64,000 nucleotides of DNA from Eledone cirrhosa (GCA_964016885.1 OZ024742.1:47058001-47122000); one strand, 5' to 3'. Positions 30,641 to 43,683 are shown, numbered from the stretch's first letter. Numbers and translations are program-made. The notes: a model not told the origin generated them from the letters alone.

Positions 30641-30859
30641 ACTCAATCAAAGACAACAGAATGCCGGACTAGAAACTTTCGTTAACATTTTAATGGAGGA
30701 GACACTTTTAAACTGGCCCTGGGTTCAGACAGGTGGAGAAAACTGTGCATAGTTTAAAAGTGCCCCTCCATTGTACAGCGGTGTCCATGGCTGGATCCCG
30801 AAACAATTGGTATCACATACATGTTAAGTCTTTGAAACTCTTTTTACACTATATATATA

Positions 30860-31595
30860 CTTGGCGTCGCAATAAATTCCTTACAATAACTCTTTAAATG
30901 AAAATGCATAACATATTGAAGCTAAAATGTATTCATTCTGCAAAACATAATCTACATTGAATGCAATAGCATGTTTATAGTGCTTATGCAAAGTATTTAA
31001 CTCTTCTGGAACCTTTCTTTTGGCAATAGTCGCAATCAGTGCAACGATTAATCCACCACCTCTTCTGATGAAGCGGAAACAAATTTTCTTTGTTTATTCA
31101 GTTTCTTTGTTTATTCCAGTAACATGTTAAATGCACCCCATTGATTTGATTCTGCATCAATGATACTTTGACTGAGTTGAACGTTGGTATGAATAGTGGT
31201 TGTGTAAGGACGGCTAGGACGAGCAGCATCAATAAGTGATGATTTACTGCTATCTTCGAATTGTTTCACCCAATGATAAATGGTTGAATATGCTGGAACG
31301 TTGTTAATTCAACCCTCTTTCAATTGTGCAATAATAATTGTTTTTGATTTAGCTCGTATCAATTCTATGACGACATATGCTGTAAAACTTTCTTGACTTA
31401 AATCCATTTGATGCGTGTATTATAAACTCACAAGAAGGACAACTAAATAATTATGCATGGGCCAGTGACAAAAGACAGCATTCACACAGTATATCACACA
31501 TGTACATAAAGTTCAAATTCCAACTAACATTACCTACATTTACTGCTACATACAGCACACAGCCTACTACTCTAAATATTTATTGCCAGGCCAAG
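30860..31595 (-). mobile_element. Internally deleted mariner (Tc1/mariner) transposon
   Basis: Imperfect TIRs cttggcgtcgcaataaat / atttattgccaggccaag, each flanked by TA; N-terminal HTH VPAYSTIYHWVKQF...DAARPSRP and C-terminal LHKHYKHAIAFNVDY remnants; no DDD core seen. Confidence 0.85.
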
Positions 31596-31860
31596 TATAA
31601 TTTGGGGAATGATGGAAGGATTTACAATGGCCAATCATCAAATATCGATGCAGATTCAGGAATATTCATGTTACAATGATGAGCATGTTACCGGAAATGG
31701 AAATGTTGAATCAACGAGGATAAAATAATGACGAAAAAAAAAAATAGAGCTGTGTTCTTTTGTGAATGCGAGTTAAAGAACGAAGTATAATCATACATTG
31801 TTTGCCTATGGCTGTGGTAGAATGACTGTAAGCTCTTAACTTGTTAGTTACATATTCCGG

Positions 31861-32047
31861 TATGTATGTATGTATGTATGTATGTATGTATGTATGTATG
31901 TATGTATGTATGTATGTATGTATGTATGTATGTATGTATGTATGTATGTATGCATGCATGTATGTATCTGTGTGTGTATATGATGTATTGTATGTACGTT
32001 ATGTTTCGTATATATCTCTCTCTCTATCTCTCTATCGATCTATCTAT

Positions 32048-32106
<59 letters not shown>

Positions 32107-32234
32107 TATATATATGTATATATGTATATACACATATATATGTACATATAAATGTATATTTATGTATATATATATATGTATAATTATATATATATGTATA
32201 TATATATATATTTATATATATACATATATATAAT

Positions 32235-32313
<79 letters not shown>

Positions 32314-32318
32314 ATATG

Positions 32319-32360
<42 letters not shown>

Positions 32361-32380
32361 TATGTATATGTATTTATGTA
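31861..32380. repeat. (TATG)n and (TA)n compound microsatellite
   Basis: Direct reading. Confidence 0.96.
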
Positions 32381-34287
32381 TATATTCATGTCTGTCTATT
32401 TCCGGAAAATGGTATATTGATTAAACTCTGCATGACGCATAAAGAGGCGGTTAAAAGGGTATTTCTGAGTCATGAAGGCAGTGAGAAGGATATAGGTTAT
32501 AAGCTGTGAGATGAATGAAAGAAGAAGAGACATAAAGGTAGAGGGAATAGAGTTAGTAAGAGAGACCGAACATAAAGTTATTAGTGGACAGACGGATTTG
32601 AATACCCTGTGTCATGCTACTAATAAAGAGGTCGTAAAAATCTCAAGAGTATTCTCATTATCCTAATTGAATTATGCTGTTAAATGTGACACATTGTTGT
32701 TTATTACCTATAAAATCGAATTTACGCATCATAAAGTAGCTGACTAATATTTCAATTGCCTTCATCATAGTCTCTACAATCTCGTGGATTCATATTAATA
32801 CAGTTAAATATGTCACAAGTAGACCCTGTATGCAGCTCAGTCTGGTAGGTTTTATTGTTAATTAATAGTCCATCTCTCCTTCCCAGACAGCACATGGTAT
32901 TAGCTGAAAGCCCCTTAGCCAAATGTCATCAAGTTTATTCTTCTCGTTTCTTCGAAGCAAACACTGTGATCTTATAACATATTTCTTCATCTCTACACAA
33001 CTCCTTGCACTGTCATTGATGTCTGTAGGGACGTTTGGATTGCATATGTTGTTGAGCAGAGAGGAAAAATGCAAAGCTTCGTAGTCCGGCCTGCTATTCC
33101 AATTGGCTGAGTCAGCTCCATTTGGTCAAAGAATAATAGAACCCACATTCCCATGCGACTTTATTTGAACAGCATAATAACAGAATTTATAATTCCTTTT
33201 CAGTGTGAGATAACATTATTAGAAATAAATGTATATATTATAAGAGACCTAATTATTAAATGCATGCTACACGAGGTTTCCCTTTTCCACCCTATTATCT
33301 TTCTTTACTAGGTAACATGCTTAATAAAGTAAATATGTTAAGGAAAAAAATAGGCGAAATATCTAACGAAAACATAGCGGGAGTTAAAAAATAGAATGAT
33401 TTTTAAAAGTTCTGTTTATATTCTTAAAATGTTATGTTTTAGTGTGGTGTCTATCTCCAGAGTATTTAAATATGACGTTAAATATTAATCCAATTTTGTC
33501 GTAGCACATATCTCACATTTTCATCCAATTCTCTTAATCGCATTATTCCGACGTAAGAAACCAAATAAGATTTTGTAAAATGTCCATGGAAACTTAATCT
33601 TGATTGTATGAAAGTAGACGACATACACTATTTCGATAATACGGCTTTCAATAGCTAATGTTTACATTGCATTAAAGTAATTTAATGTCTCATGGGTTCT
33701 GGTAATAACTCTGCTTTACTCGTTTAATATATCTCAGACGTAGGAGATTTAAAACAGTATATAGTTGAATGAATGTCTATATTTAACACGAAAAATTGTC
33801 AAGCAAACTAATTTGTAAGTTTTGATTATTTATCCGATGTCCTGAAACTATAGCTGAATTTAGGGTCCCTGCGTATATAGGCAAAAATAATTTAAAATAA
33901 TAGGTGAATACTTTCCAATATTAGCTGGGTAGCTTATTGCAAAGGAAGTAAAACTTTCTAGGTTTCTATTATTATTTCTCATTGAAGGAGCATCTTGATT
34001 GTAATGATTCACATGTAATGGGTTTTGAGGATTTTGTTTGGAAAATTCTAATAAACATTCCTATCACTATTTTATTCATTTTAAAAATAAAGTAACCTTT
34101 ATGTTATCATTCTGACAATCAGGCACACAATAAATAATGCGTGTATCACAAATCAATGAATTATATACAAACCATATGAAGTTCAAAATATATATTCTAT
34201 GTGGAGTTAAGGCAAAAACTATAACAACGATCTGTATGAATAGAACACATTTTGATTCTTACTTAAGTAAAAGAACAGTCGGCGAAT

Positions 34288-34425
34288 TGACAGAGTCGAT
34301 AGAACGTTGGATAGGATACTTCGTGTTATTCGACCCAGCTCTCTGCTCTCGGAGTTCAAATCCCAATTTGCCTCTTATTCATTTGATGGCGATAAAAAAA
34401 GTAAGTCTAGCACTGGAGTCGATTC
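34288..34425 (+). mobile_element. Old SINE copy
   Basis: B box ggagttcaaatcc and degenerate core. Confidence 0.55.
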
Positions 34426-36477
34426 TTCATCTATATCTCTTTTTCTCTTTTTCTCTCTCACTTTCCATTCTACCCTGGAAGAAATCTGCTATATTCAGAC
34501 ATGGAGAGGGATGGACTCTATCGGATTTAATAATGCCCTAGACACGCGGTATGTCAATACAGCGCCCTTACCTACGACTTCCCCAGGAATTACAGGACCA
34601 CACCATACCATACTTAAGTACAAGGCTTCACATTTAAAGGAAGAGAGCAGTTGAATCTTTTGATATCAGTATTTGACTGGTGCGTGGAAATGTCAATCTT
34701 CGGAGAATGAATGTAAAACGTTGACGTCCGCGGCATTTGTGCTTAAAAGGTAAAGAATCGCAACAAAACAATTATACTTGCCGCGCTAATCATGCTGCTG
34801 ATATATGTGGCATTAAACAATTGTAGTATATGAAATAAACAAGAAAGATTTTTTAAATGACGGAAAATAAAGTCACAACAGTGAACCTAGATTTAGATTA
34901 TCTAAGCAACGCTGAAATTAATGATGGAATAAATTGGTTTGTAATGTGATAGAATTAAAGTATGAAGAGGTATCTTCGACAGGTATGAAGAGGTATCTTC
35001 GACAGGGAGCGATATTCGCAAGTGGTACCGAACGCATAGATTTTGAGTAGTGAGCTAGAAAAATGAAACAAGTGGAGAAATGACACGTTAAATTATACAC
35101 GACCGATAAAGTATCAGAGTTAATTTGCTGAGAATCGAAACAGGGGCTACGTTTCATATATTCTAAATCACCAATATCGTAGAACAAAAAAGAAATTCCT
35201 ATTTAAAAGTAAAGGGAGCAGAGCAATATATTTAATAGGTTATCAGAGTTAATTGTCATAGTTGATAGGATGTCAAACTACTGATTGAACACATGAACTT
35301 TCTTATTCCCTAGCTAACTTTCTCTTGTTTTATTGCCAAGCTATGGAATGCTCAAATACTTCCTAAACACAGAAGTTCAACGCAAAAGTATTATCTGTAA
35401 CAAAACAAAGGCACTGCTAATTTTAGTATTTTTCTATTGTTTTCTATTAAAGTTCCCAAGAGATATAACTGGACATTGACATGCTCCGTCAGTTTGATGT
35501 TTTTTCCTCTAAACACAGAGACAATGTCCAGTGTACTTCGCCAATTGCTCTAATGGATTATAATAAACACTTGCCACTATATATTGCTTAATATACATGC
35601 CTCACACACAGCGTAACACAAGAGATTCTAAACACATGCATATTGCTTGCACTATATTATATATTCTAAAATCTAATATTATTTATCACTTCAAGAAGAT
35701 GAAATTGCGGTTGCGTATTTGCCAATACGGACGACAAACCTCTTTACTTCATGTTAACAGCTGTAAACTTAGTTATAAGGGAATTCCTTGAAAGAATATT
35801 GAGACCATCTGTCATTTAACCACCCAATGCATAATATTATTGTGTCTTACATTATGTAATGCGTCGTTCATGAATCTGTTAACAAATCCTCAAGGAGTTA
35901 TTTTCGATGAGAAGCAAGCGAAATATTGCGCTCTGAACAGCATCTAGGAATATCAATTGAATTCCTCAGTTTGATTCAATATCACAAATGTTATTGACTG
36001 GATTCTATAATCATACTTATCTAGATATGTGAGTATGTGCGTACGCGCGCGCGTGTGTGTACGTGTACGTGTGCGTGAGTACGAGTATGTGTGTGTGTGT
36101 TTTATGCGTGTGTATGAGTATGTATGTGAAAATATCTGCAACTATGTTTGAGCGAGTGCGTGTGCATTTATATACGGTTTCTATTTGGAATGTATGCTTG
36201 TGTGTATGCTGAAATGTAGTATTTGTCAATCAATATAGTTTACCTTTGAAAAACCTAAAGACAATCCCTCAGGTTTTGAAAGCTGACAATAATTATGCAA
36301 CAGTAATGAAAGGATCCACTGTGATATTCCGACCTGTTGGATATTAGTAAATCAATTGTATCAAATAAATGCACATGGATAGTAATTGGCTGACAAATAA
36401 AAGTTGACAAACAGGGGGACAATATGAATCATGAATCTTTCAATCAAATTACATTTACGGTAGCATATTACGATACG

Positions 36478-36570
36478 TATTTGTGTATTATGTATTATGT
36501 ATTTGTGTATTATGTATTATGTATTTGTGTATTATGTATTATGTATTTGTGTATTTGTGTATTATGTATA
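36478..36570. repeat. Short tandem array of tatgtat/tgtgtat-type units at the 3' side of the CRE element
   Basis: Direct reading. Confidence 0.85.
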
Positions 36571-37895
36571 TACCTCTGGAACATAATGTATATGTAATTC
36601 AATTAGTATTTATGGAGAAGTAAATGATAAAGTAGAAGATCAAAATTTCCAGTTGTTGTCTTCCTGTTTCTTCTACAACAACTACAACGGTACGCGATGG
36701 GGCCCACCCTCAGCCCCGGCGGACAGAATCGAGAAGGCGTTTCCTCGGAGGACGGCAAGGGAGACACGCTGGGGGCTCACAACTGCGGCTGGCCAGCTCA
36801 GCGCCTACGGTGGTGAGTAAGGAGGTAGCCCTGGGGCCGAGGACACAAGAAGTCTCCACTGCCAAGGGTACGACCGCAAACCTGTCGGAGAGCGACCGGT
36901 ATTTAAAGTGTTTGGCCCCTTCAGCCCGACGTGCAGCAGAACCTGAGTCAGTCGCAGACTGCACCAGGTTGCGGCTGCAGAAAGTGTTGGTGCAAGTGGC
37001 ATCCCAGACGAGGGGTTTGCCACCGCGGAACGAGAAGATGGTCATGCCATCTGGCCTTTTGCCGTCCCCTCGATCCAGCCCAACCGGCTCGTGCTGGGAA
37101 GGGAACCCTGCAGTGCCCAAGACATGCTTAATGACCTCGTTGAGGGCAGCATGGCGTGGAATGTGGCCGCCACTGTGGCCACAGAAAAGCTGGTGGAGGC
37201 CGAAAGAGTCACGGTGGAACATCAGCGACATTGGTGTGGCTGGCAGATCCGGAGTCCGAACCTCAGGGAAACGCCGATGCGCAGGCTATGGCTGTCTAGC
37301 TGCGTGCCAGTGGAGGAGGGCAGGGCATGGAGCCAGGCACCATTGTGGGGTTTGGAGTCCGCACGAAAACAAGCAAGGCGGTGCTGGTCGAGCTGGCGCG
37401 TGAGTTGTCTGAGGCCAGGCTGCAATGGATGGCATACAAAGTACGTTGGGGGGACTTGAGGTCAACAGGGGGAGAAGGAGGAGAGATGTCTACTGGGCTA
37501 AGTCCCAGCCGGTCCCACGTTTCACAGGCGGCCTCACGTTCTCTGAACAGATAGGGTACTGTTGCGTTTTGAAGAACCCTGCTGACCAGGACGCGGCACG
37601 AGGTTACCGACGAAAGATACGCCGACAAAGCTAGTGAGAACGGGGACCGGAGGCCAAGGCCGCCATACCTGACAGGTAAAGTGGCTTGTTGCCACCCTAT
37701 GTCGTCAAACTTGACGTTGCATATGTCCTCGGCTGCTGCTCGGATACAAGCATCGAGGTCAGCGGGGAGAGATGTCTGGGTGTAGCACGGAGCGCTGCGG
37801 AGTGTATAGAGGAGCTTCAGTATGGCGAAGCAGATCCTCAGCAGAAAGAGAGCAGGGTGGCCGTCAATCAAGCCCAGTCGGCTAGTGAGAGTCTG
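36570..37895 (-). mobile_element. 5'-truncated CRE-clade non-LTR retrotransposon (RT thumb + CCHC-like region + restriction-like endonuclease)
   Basis: [61 protein letters not shown]...LVWDATC, AEGAKHFKY, VPLAVET across ORFs 37296-37871, 37222-37425 and 36710-37231; GC-rich. Confidence 0.88.
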
Positions 37896-38192
37896 GTTTA
37901 TATGGATATAGTATGAAGTTGAAAACCATATACTTGTACGTTTATAGCGATTTTAGTACAATACAGAATATATTTCTGTAATCGTATAATTGTATATTAG
38001 AAATATGTAAGCTACAAAACTCGAACACTTAATCACGCACGTATATGCATATGTATGTATATACATATATGAATATATATATATATATATGAATATATAT
38101 ACTTAGGGTAATAGAGCTCTGCCGTCAGGGTCATACTTTTTCCTATATATATATATAATATAAGATCAAAAGATGGTTAAAGGAGTTCCATG

Positions 38193-38262
38193 TATTTTAT
38201 TATGCGCATTTCAAAAACAAACATCATCATGCAATAATATTTGTGTTTTCATCAGATAAAAC
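38193..38262 (-). ncRNA. Type I hammerhead ribozyme at the Naiad 3' end, with long stem II
   Basis: ttttat-CUGAUGA-[aaacacaaatattatt gcat gatgatgtttgttttt]-GAAA-tgcgca-UA-ataaaa; palindromic stem III AUGCGCAU. Confidence 0.82.
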
Positions 38263-38377
38263 AGGAGAACATGATATGAAGGCTAAAAAACACTTGTGGA
38301 TAGTGCAGTTTTAAATCAACATATGAAAAGTGGTTTTAGATTGATTTGTGATATTGGGAAAAATATTTTATTTAGAG

Positions 38378-38800
38378 AGGGTGGGTGGGTGGAAAGGATG
38401 AAAAAGGGGAGGAGATGAGAGTGAAGGTGGAGAGGGAGAGATGGGTGATAGAGAGAAAGAGATAGTTTTTATAACTGAGAGAAGATATATTGTTTTACAT
38501 AGAGAGGTTGAAAACCGTTGGAAGATAATGTATAAATTAATAGAATTTGAAAATTAACGAAGGGAAAGATATGTACGAGGAAAAAATATTTTATTTAGGG
38601 AGGGGGGGGGGAAAGGATGAAAAAAGGGGGAGGAGATGAGAGTGAAGGTGGAGAGGGAGAGATGGGTGATAGAGAGAAAGAGATAGTTTTTATAACTGAG
38701 AAAAGATATATTGTTTTACATAGAGAGGTTGAGAACTGTTGGAAGATAATGTATAAATTAAAAGAATTTGAAAATTAACGAAGGGAAAAATATTTGCGAG
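38378..38800 (+). repeat. ~230-bp direct tandem duplication in the Naiad 3' UTR
   Basis: gaaaggatgaaaaa...ttaacgaaggga occurs twice. Confidence 0.85.
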
Positions 38801-39334
38801 GAAAGAGAGGGAGTTTATGTATGAAGATAGAGAGAAAAAAATAATAATTGTGGATGAATATTCTAACTTCAAAAAGGTGTATGTTGATAAGTATTGTGGC
38901 AATTTCAAAATTAACGAAGAGAAAAAATTATTAAGGTTTGTGTGTAGAAGGATTTGAGAAAAAATAATGTAAAGTTAAAGTTTGTATATTGAAGGAATTG
39001 ATAATATGTGCGAAGGACGAGTTAATATGTATTAAGAATGAGTTCGTTGATGGGGAGAAAAAATAATAAATTAAGGATGAAATTGAGATTAAAAAGTTTT
39101 ATGATAGAGAGAAAAAATAATAATAATTGCGGATGAATATTCTAACGTCAAAAAAACAAATGTATATGTTATGAAGGATTTTACAAGGTGAAGATAGAAA
39201 GAGGGTAATGAGTAAACAAGTATTATAGAGTGTATAATGCCCTTTGAAGTAAGGTAGGAAGATGGGTATATTTTAAAGAGGTGTATGTATATGTGCCTTT
39301 GAGAAAAGATTCTAAATTGATAAAGAATTGAATA

Positions 39335-41008
39335 TTAACTGTATACTTTGTGAAAAGTCCTATGGAATTTATGCAGGCAGATAGAAAACAAATCGGTACG
39401 TCTATTTATTATAGAATCTAGATTAGAGATAAGGGTAAATTTTTCATTTAGGCAGAGATTACAGATTTTAGATAGAGAGCTGTTCAAGTATGAGGATGCA
39501 GAAGAAACCTTCTTCCTAAAGATGGTATATTTAATGTTTTTGTCTTTCAAGGACCATATGAGTTCTGAGAGAGTCGTGTTGGTTCTTTTAAGTTTGTATT
39601 TGAAAGATGAATGGTGATTATAGAGACGAGATTTAAAAGAGGTGGAAGTGGAGCCAAAATAGGTGAAGGAATTGGTGCTAGTTATAACTTTACATTCATA
39701 AATTAAGTTTTTATCAAGACAATGGTTGTTGAGAGGACATTTATTTTTAATGCGGCAGTTGCAATTAGAGAGATTATTAATGAGTGACCTAGTGTTATCT
39801 ATAGAAGGAATTGGATTGGAGAAGTTGTTTGCGATAGGAATAATAGGAATAATAGTTTCTTGATTTAGAGTTGGATTATGAACATTTAGCGAAGTTGTGT
39901 TTGACGTTGTATTTGTGTTTACAGAAGTTAGCCTAGGGTTTACAATGACGTCGGGAGTACTATTACTGTTATTATGAAATTCAATGTTGGAAGGAAGAGA
40001 TTTAGTATTTATTATTTTATTGTTGTGTTTAGAGATGATGTTGGAAATATTGGAGGATGTAGAATAAGAAAATTTGATGGTGTGTTTGTTAAATATTTTA
40101 CTATAGATATGTGAGGGAGGGAAGCATTTATTTAAGGCACTAAAAAATAATTTAGGAATATTGTTATTAATAGAGATGGAGAAAGGAGCATTATACCAGA
40201 TTATGTTTTTGTATCTAGGTCTTTTATTAAAATTATTAGAATGATCATGATTAATTATTCTACTGTAAGTTTTTCTAGAATTTGTTTCTTTACTATATTT
40301 GATTTTATCTGGATAGCCGGCTTTAGAAAGTGCGTTATTATAGTAATTGGCGTTAGCATCAAAGATGTTTTTATTAGAAGATATGTTAGATATTCTTTTT
40401 CCAATATTACTAACTATAGCATTCTTGATATTGGTAGGATGGTTAGATTTAAAGTAAACATAATTTAGGTTCTCATTGTTTTTATGGTAAGGGTAATATA
40501 GGCCAGTGTCAAGATTAAGAGATACATCCAAGAAATTAGCTAGTTTGATACTATTATCAAATTCAATTTTTAGGTTATGTTGGTTAAAGAGATTACGTAT
40601 ATTGTTCTTAATAATATTAAGGTTAACTATATTGCAATTTAAGATAGTAAAGAGTCCATCGTCACGATAAATTCCACCGCGAAGTTGAGGAATTTTCCGA
40701 CTCAAAGAGTTCAAAATAAAGATACCAATTAAATCAGTCAATTGGGATGAAGCGGATGCTCCCATTGTGATGTCGAAGTTGTTAGAGGTATCGGCTCTGG
40801 TCCAATATTCGTTGTTGAACTCTAGGATGGTTTTACGTGCGGTGAGGATGATGTGAAGTTCATCTGTGGTGATGTCAGAATATTTAAGTGCGAAAGATAG
40901 AGCATTATTGAGAAGTGAAGGCGAAATGGAGGAATAGTAGCTGGCAATATCAAATTGAATACATTTTAGTTTGTTTTTATTATCCAATTTGTTGTGATGA
41001 AAACACAA
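39335..41008 (-). CDS. Penelope-like (Naiad-type) RT + GIY-YIG endonuclease, uninterrupted but N-terminally truncated
   Basis: QFDIASYY (motif A), FDITMG (B), GIYRDDGL (C), NFLDVSLNL, SNHP thumb, CNC-x5-CPL-x3-C, LIYECKV...YFGST...FKSRLYNH, CNLCLNEK; the first residues come from the inverted repeat. Confidence 0.9.
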   Translation of the reverse strand: MCFHHNKLDNKNKLKCIQFDIASYYSSISPSLLNNALSFALKYSDITTDELHIILTARKTILEFNNEYWTRADTSNNFDITMGASASSQLTDLIGIFILNSLSRKIPQLRGGIYRDDGLFTILNCNIVNLNIIKNNIRNLFNQHNLKIEFDNSIKLANFLDVSLNLDTGLYYPYHKNNENLNYVYFKSNHPTNIKNAIVSNIGKRISNISSNKNIFDANANYYNNALSKAGYPDKIKYSKETNSRKTYSRIINHDHSNNFNKRPRYKNIIWYNAPFSISINNNIPKLFFSALNKCFPPSHIYSKIFNKHTIKFSYSTSSNISNIISKHNNKIINTKSLPSNIEFHNNSNSTPDVIVNPRLTSVNTNTTSNTTSLNVHNPTLNQETIIPIIPIANNFSNPIPSIDNTRSLINNLSNCNCRIKNKCPLNNHCLDKNLIYECKVITSTNSFTYFGSTSTSFKSRLYNHHSSFKYKLKRTNTTLSELIWSLKDKNIKYTIFRKKVSSASSYLNSSLSKICNLCLNEKFTLISNLDSIINRRTDLFSICLHKFHRTFHKVYS

Positions 41009-41178
41009 ATGTTATTGCATGATGATGTTTGTTTTTGAAATGCGCATAATAAAATACATGGAACTCCTTTAACCATCTTTTGATCTTATATTATGTATAC
41101 TCCAGTCCTACAAACTGTAGATTGCTTCTTATCCGATATCTGCATTGCTTTATTGTACTACAATAAAACTCACCTCCT

Positions 41179-41207
<29 letters not shown>

Positions 41208-41209
<2 letters not shown>

Positions 41210-41310
41210 GGAAAAAGTATGACCCCGACGGCAGAGCTCTATTACCCTAAGTATTGAGTACTCTGGTGCGTTATGGTCCATCTGGTTCCTTACCACAACT
41301 CCTTCGTTAT
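41208..41310 (-). mobile_element. Copy of a GC-rich hairpin repeat family next to TA tracts (also 38098-38146, 41942-42080, 61860-62035)
   Basis: Shared gaccccgacgg...gagctc and accctaagNattgagta motifs. Confidence 0.8.
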
Positions 41311-41896
41311 ATATATATATATATAGCGATAGAGAGAGAGGGGGAGGAAGGAAAGAGATAGAGAGAGAGAGTGAGTGTGTGAAAGAGAGATTAAAATTTA
41401 TGTTTGAAAACAAATATATATAGGAATAATTTTGGTCAATATACAATAATATTGATCATAATGTCCGGTAATCGATCAATGACAAAATATTGGCGAAAGG
41501 AACCTGCCAGAGCGTACATATAGCTGATAAAATTAACGAGACAAACGTATCCAACACGATGCGTAAATACATAGGAATAAAAGCGGTAAAAGAAAAGTTA
41601 AGTGAGGTGGGAAGCAATGAACTTAATCCAAGATGGTAAACACCCGTTTTTAAAGCCTATACAGATCTGTTTCAAAGAGATCTATATAACGCCAGGTTAC
41701 CGTTATTATATAAAAGGCATCATTAAGATGTACGTTTCTCCTTAGTACGCAACATCATATTCTTTACATATAGATCCAGCCGTCAGACATGTAGCCAGAG
41801 TCACAATTATGAAAGGAGGTAGGTTATAACCAGTAAGCGGATGGATACAGAAAAGGCAACAGGACTGCTAAACTCATCATTACACACACACACACA

Positions 41897-41941
<45 letters not shown>

Positions 41942-42080
41942 ATTTCGGGACCCCGACGGTTGAGCTCCGGCCGTTTCATCAGCTAGATGCGAACTGATAT
42001 TACCCACTCTACTACCCTAAGAATTGAGTATTCTGTTGAGTAATGGTTTGACTGGTTTTTACCGCCTCCATTCTCCAATC
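41942..42080 (-). mobile_element. Second copy of the same hairpin/HHR-remnant family
   Basis: gggaccccgacggttgagctccggccgtttcatcagctag...accctaagaattgagta. Confidence 0.8.
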
Positions 42081-42140
42081 ATATACATACATGACGATAT
42101 ATGTATATCTATATATAAATATATATACATATATATTATA

Positions 42141-42286
42141 CTAGCAGAATGGCCCGGCGTTGCTCGGGATTTGTTCTAGGGTTCTTATATATTTGATATA
42201 TATTTATCCTTATGGAGCCTCGTGAAATACATACGTTTTTTTATGTTTCGTTATTGTGTATGCAAAAATATCTGTACACGAATATA

Positions 42287-42332
<46 letters not shown>

Positions 42333-42745
42333 TAACATATTAAAGTGTAAGCAAAGAATCGGGGCTTTCACCCTTAACGGGATCTTCTGAAACTAAAAAA
42401 ATCAATCTGTGAACGCAGTTGTAAATATTTCGAAAAATGTTGCAACCGAAGGAAAACAGGAAGACGTACAGACAGTCAGGCAAACAGACAGATATTGCAA
42501 GGGCGTGACTTTATATCTATGTATCTATCTAAAAAAAGAAAAACTAAGAATTATAGAGAGAGATCGCTAAATCGCCTAATGCAGCCCCTAGGGCATTGGA
42601 AATTTGAAACTTCTTTTGCTCAAAACACTCACAGCACTATAAGTATTACATGTGTAAAGTTTGAAAACAATCGGTTGGTTGGTTCTCGAGTTTTAGTGTT
42701 TGGACAGACAGACAGACATTCTCTGTTTTAGTAATATATATATAT
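42141..42745 (-). mobile_element. Non-autonomous Helitron (Lep1-like architecture)
   Basis: 3' CTAG|T at 42141 preceded on the minus strand by the hairpin cccgagc-aac-gccggg; the other end has aagtttgaaaacaatcggttgg...(caga)n-cattc and runs into a TA tract. Confidence 0.78.
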
Positions 42746-42752
42746 ATAAGTG

Positions 42753-42786
<34 letters not shown>

Positions 42787-43020
42787 AATAAATATTTGCT
42801 TTACGGTTCTTATATATCTGATATATATTTATCCTTATCGAGCCCTCTTCAAATTTATTGTTATTACTATATATATATAGTTATGTATATTTTAAAATGT
42901 TTATAGTTATGTATATTTTAAACTATAAACAGGGAAGGTCAGTAATTTATTACTACCTTATTACCAGTAAGATAAATAGCTCAATGTAAGAACATCAGTT
43001 GTTCTAGAGAGCAGTTATAT

Positions 43021-43456
<436 letters not shown>

Positions 43457-43564
43457 ATATATATACGTATATATATATACGTATATATACGTATATATAT
43501 ATGTACATATATGTGTGTGTATCCATGTATATATATGTATGTATGTTTGTATGAATGTATGTCA

Positions 43565-43683
43565 AGATGTAGTTTAGTGGTAAGATCGTTAGGCTCACGA
43601 ACGTGAGGTTGTCAGTTCAATTCACGAACCATGTGGTAGGTTGAATCCATAAGGAAAACAGTGTATTTCACGTTGCTCCAGGA
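43565..43683 (+). mobile_element. tRNA-derived SINE of a second family, ending where the adjacent PLE begins
   Basis: A box tagtttagtgg, B box cagttcaattc. Confidence 0.55.

Larger units (their letters stand above)
38155..41095 (-). mobile_element. Naiad-type Penelope-like element, 5'-truncated, with an inverted copy of its 3' end at the truncation point
   Basis: 557-aa ORF with RT and GIY-YIG; 38155-38254 is the reverse complement of 40995-41094; both ends are near TA tracts. Confidence 0.9.

Noticed and set aside
32862-33190. Coding-like stretch on the minus strand (ORF 32862-33074)
   Set aside because: No recognisable domain, upstream in-frame stop and no convincing splice sites; cannot be supported as an exon
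34960-35004. Short (~22-bp) tandem duplication
   Set aside because: Ordinary slippage event
36478-36570. CRISPR-like array
   Set aside because: Simple tandem units without unique spacers, in eukaryotic context with no cas genes
36810-37459. Plus-strand ORFs of 197 and 122 aa
   Set aside because: Antisense shadows of the GC-rich CRE element
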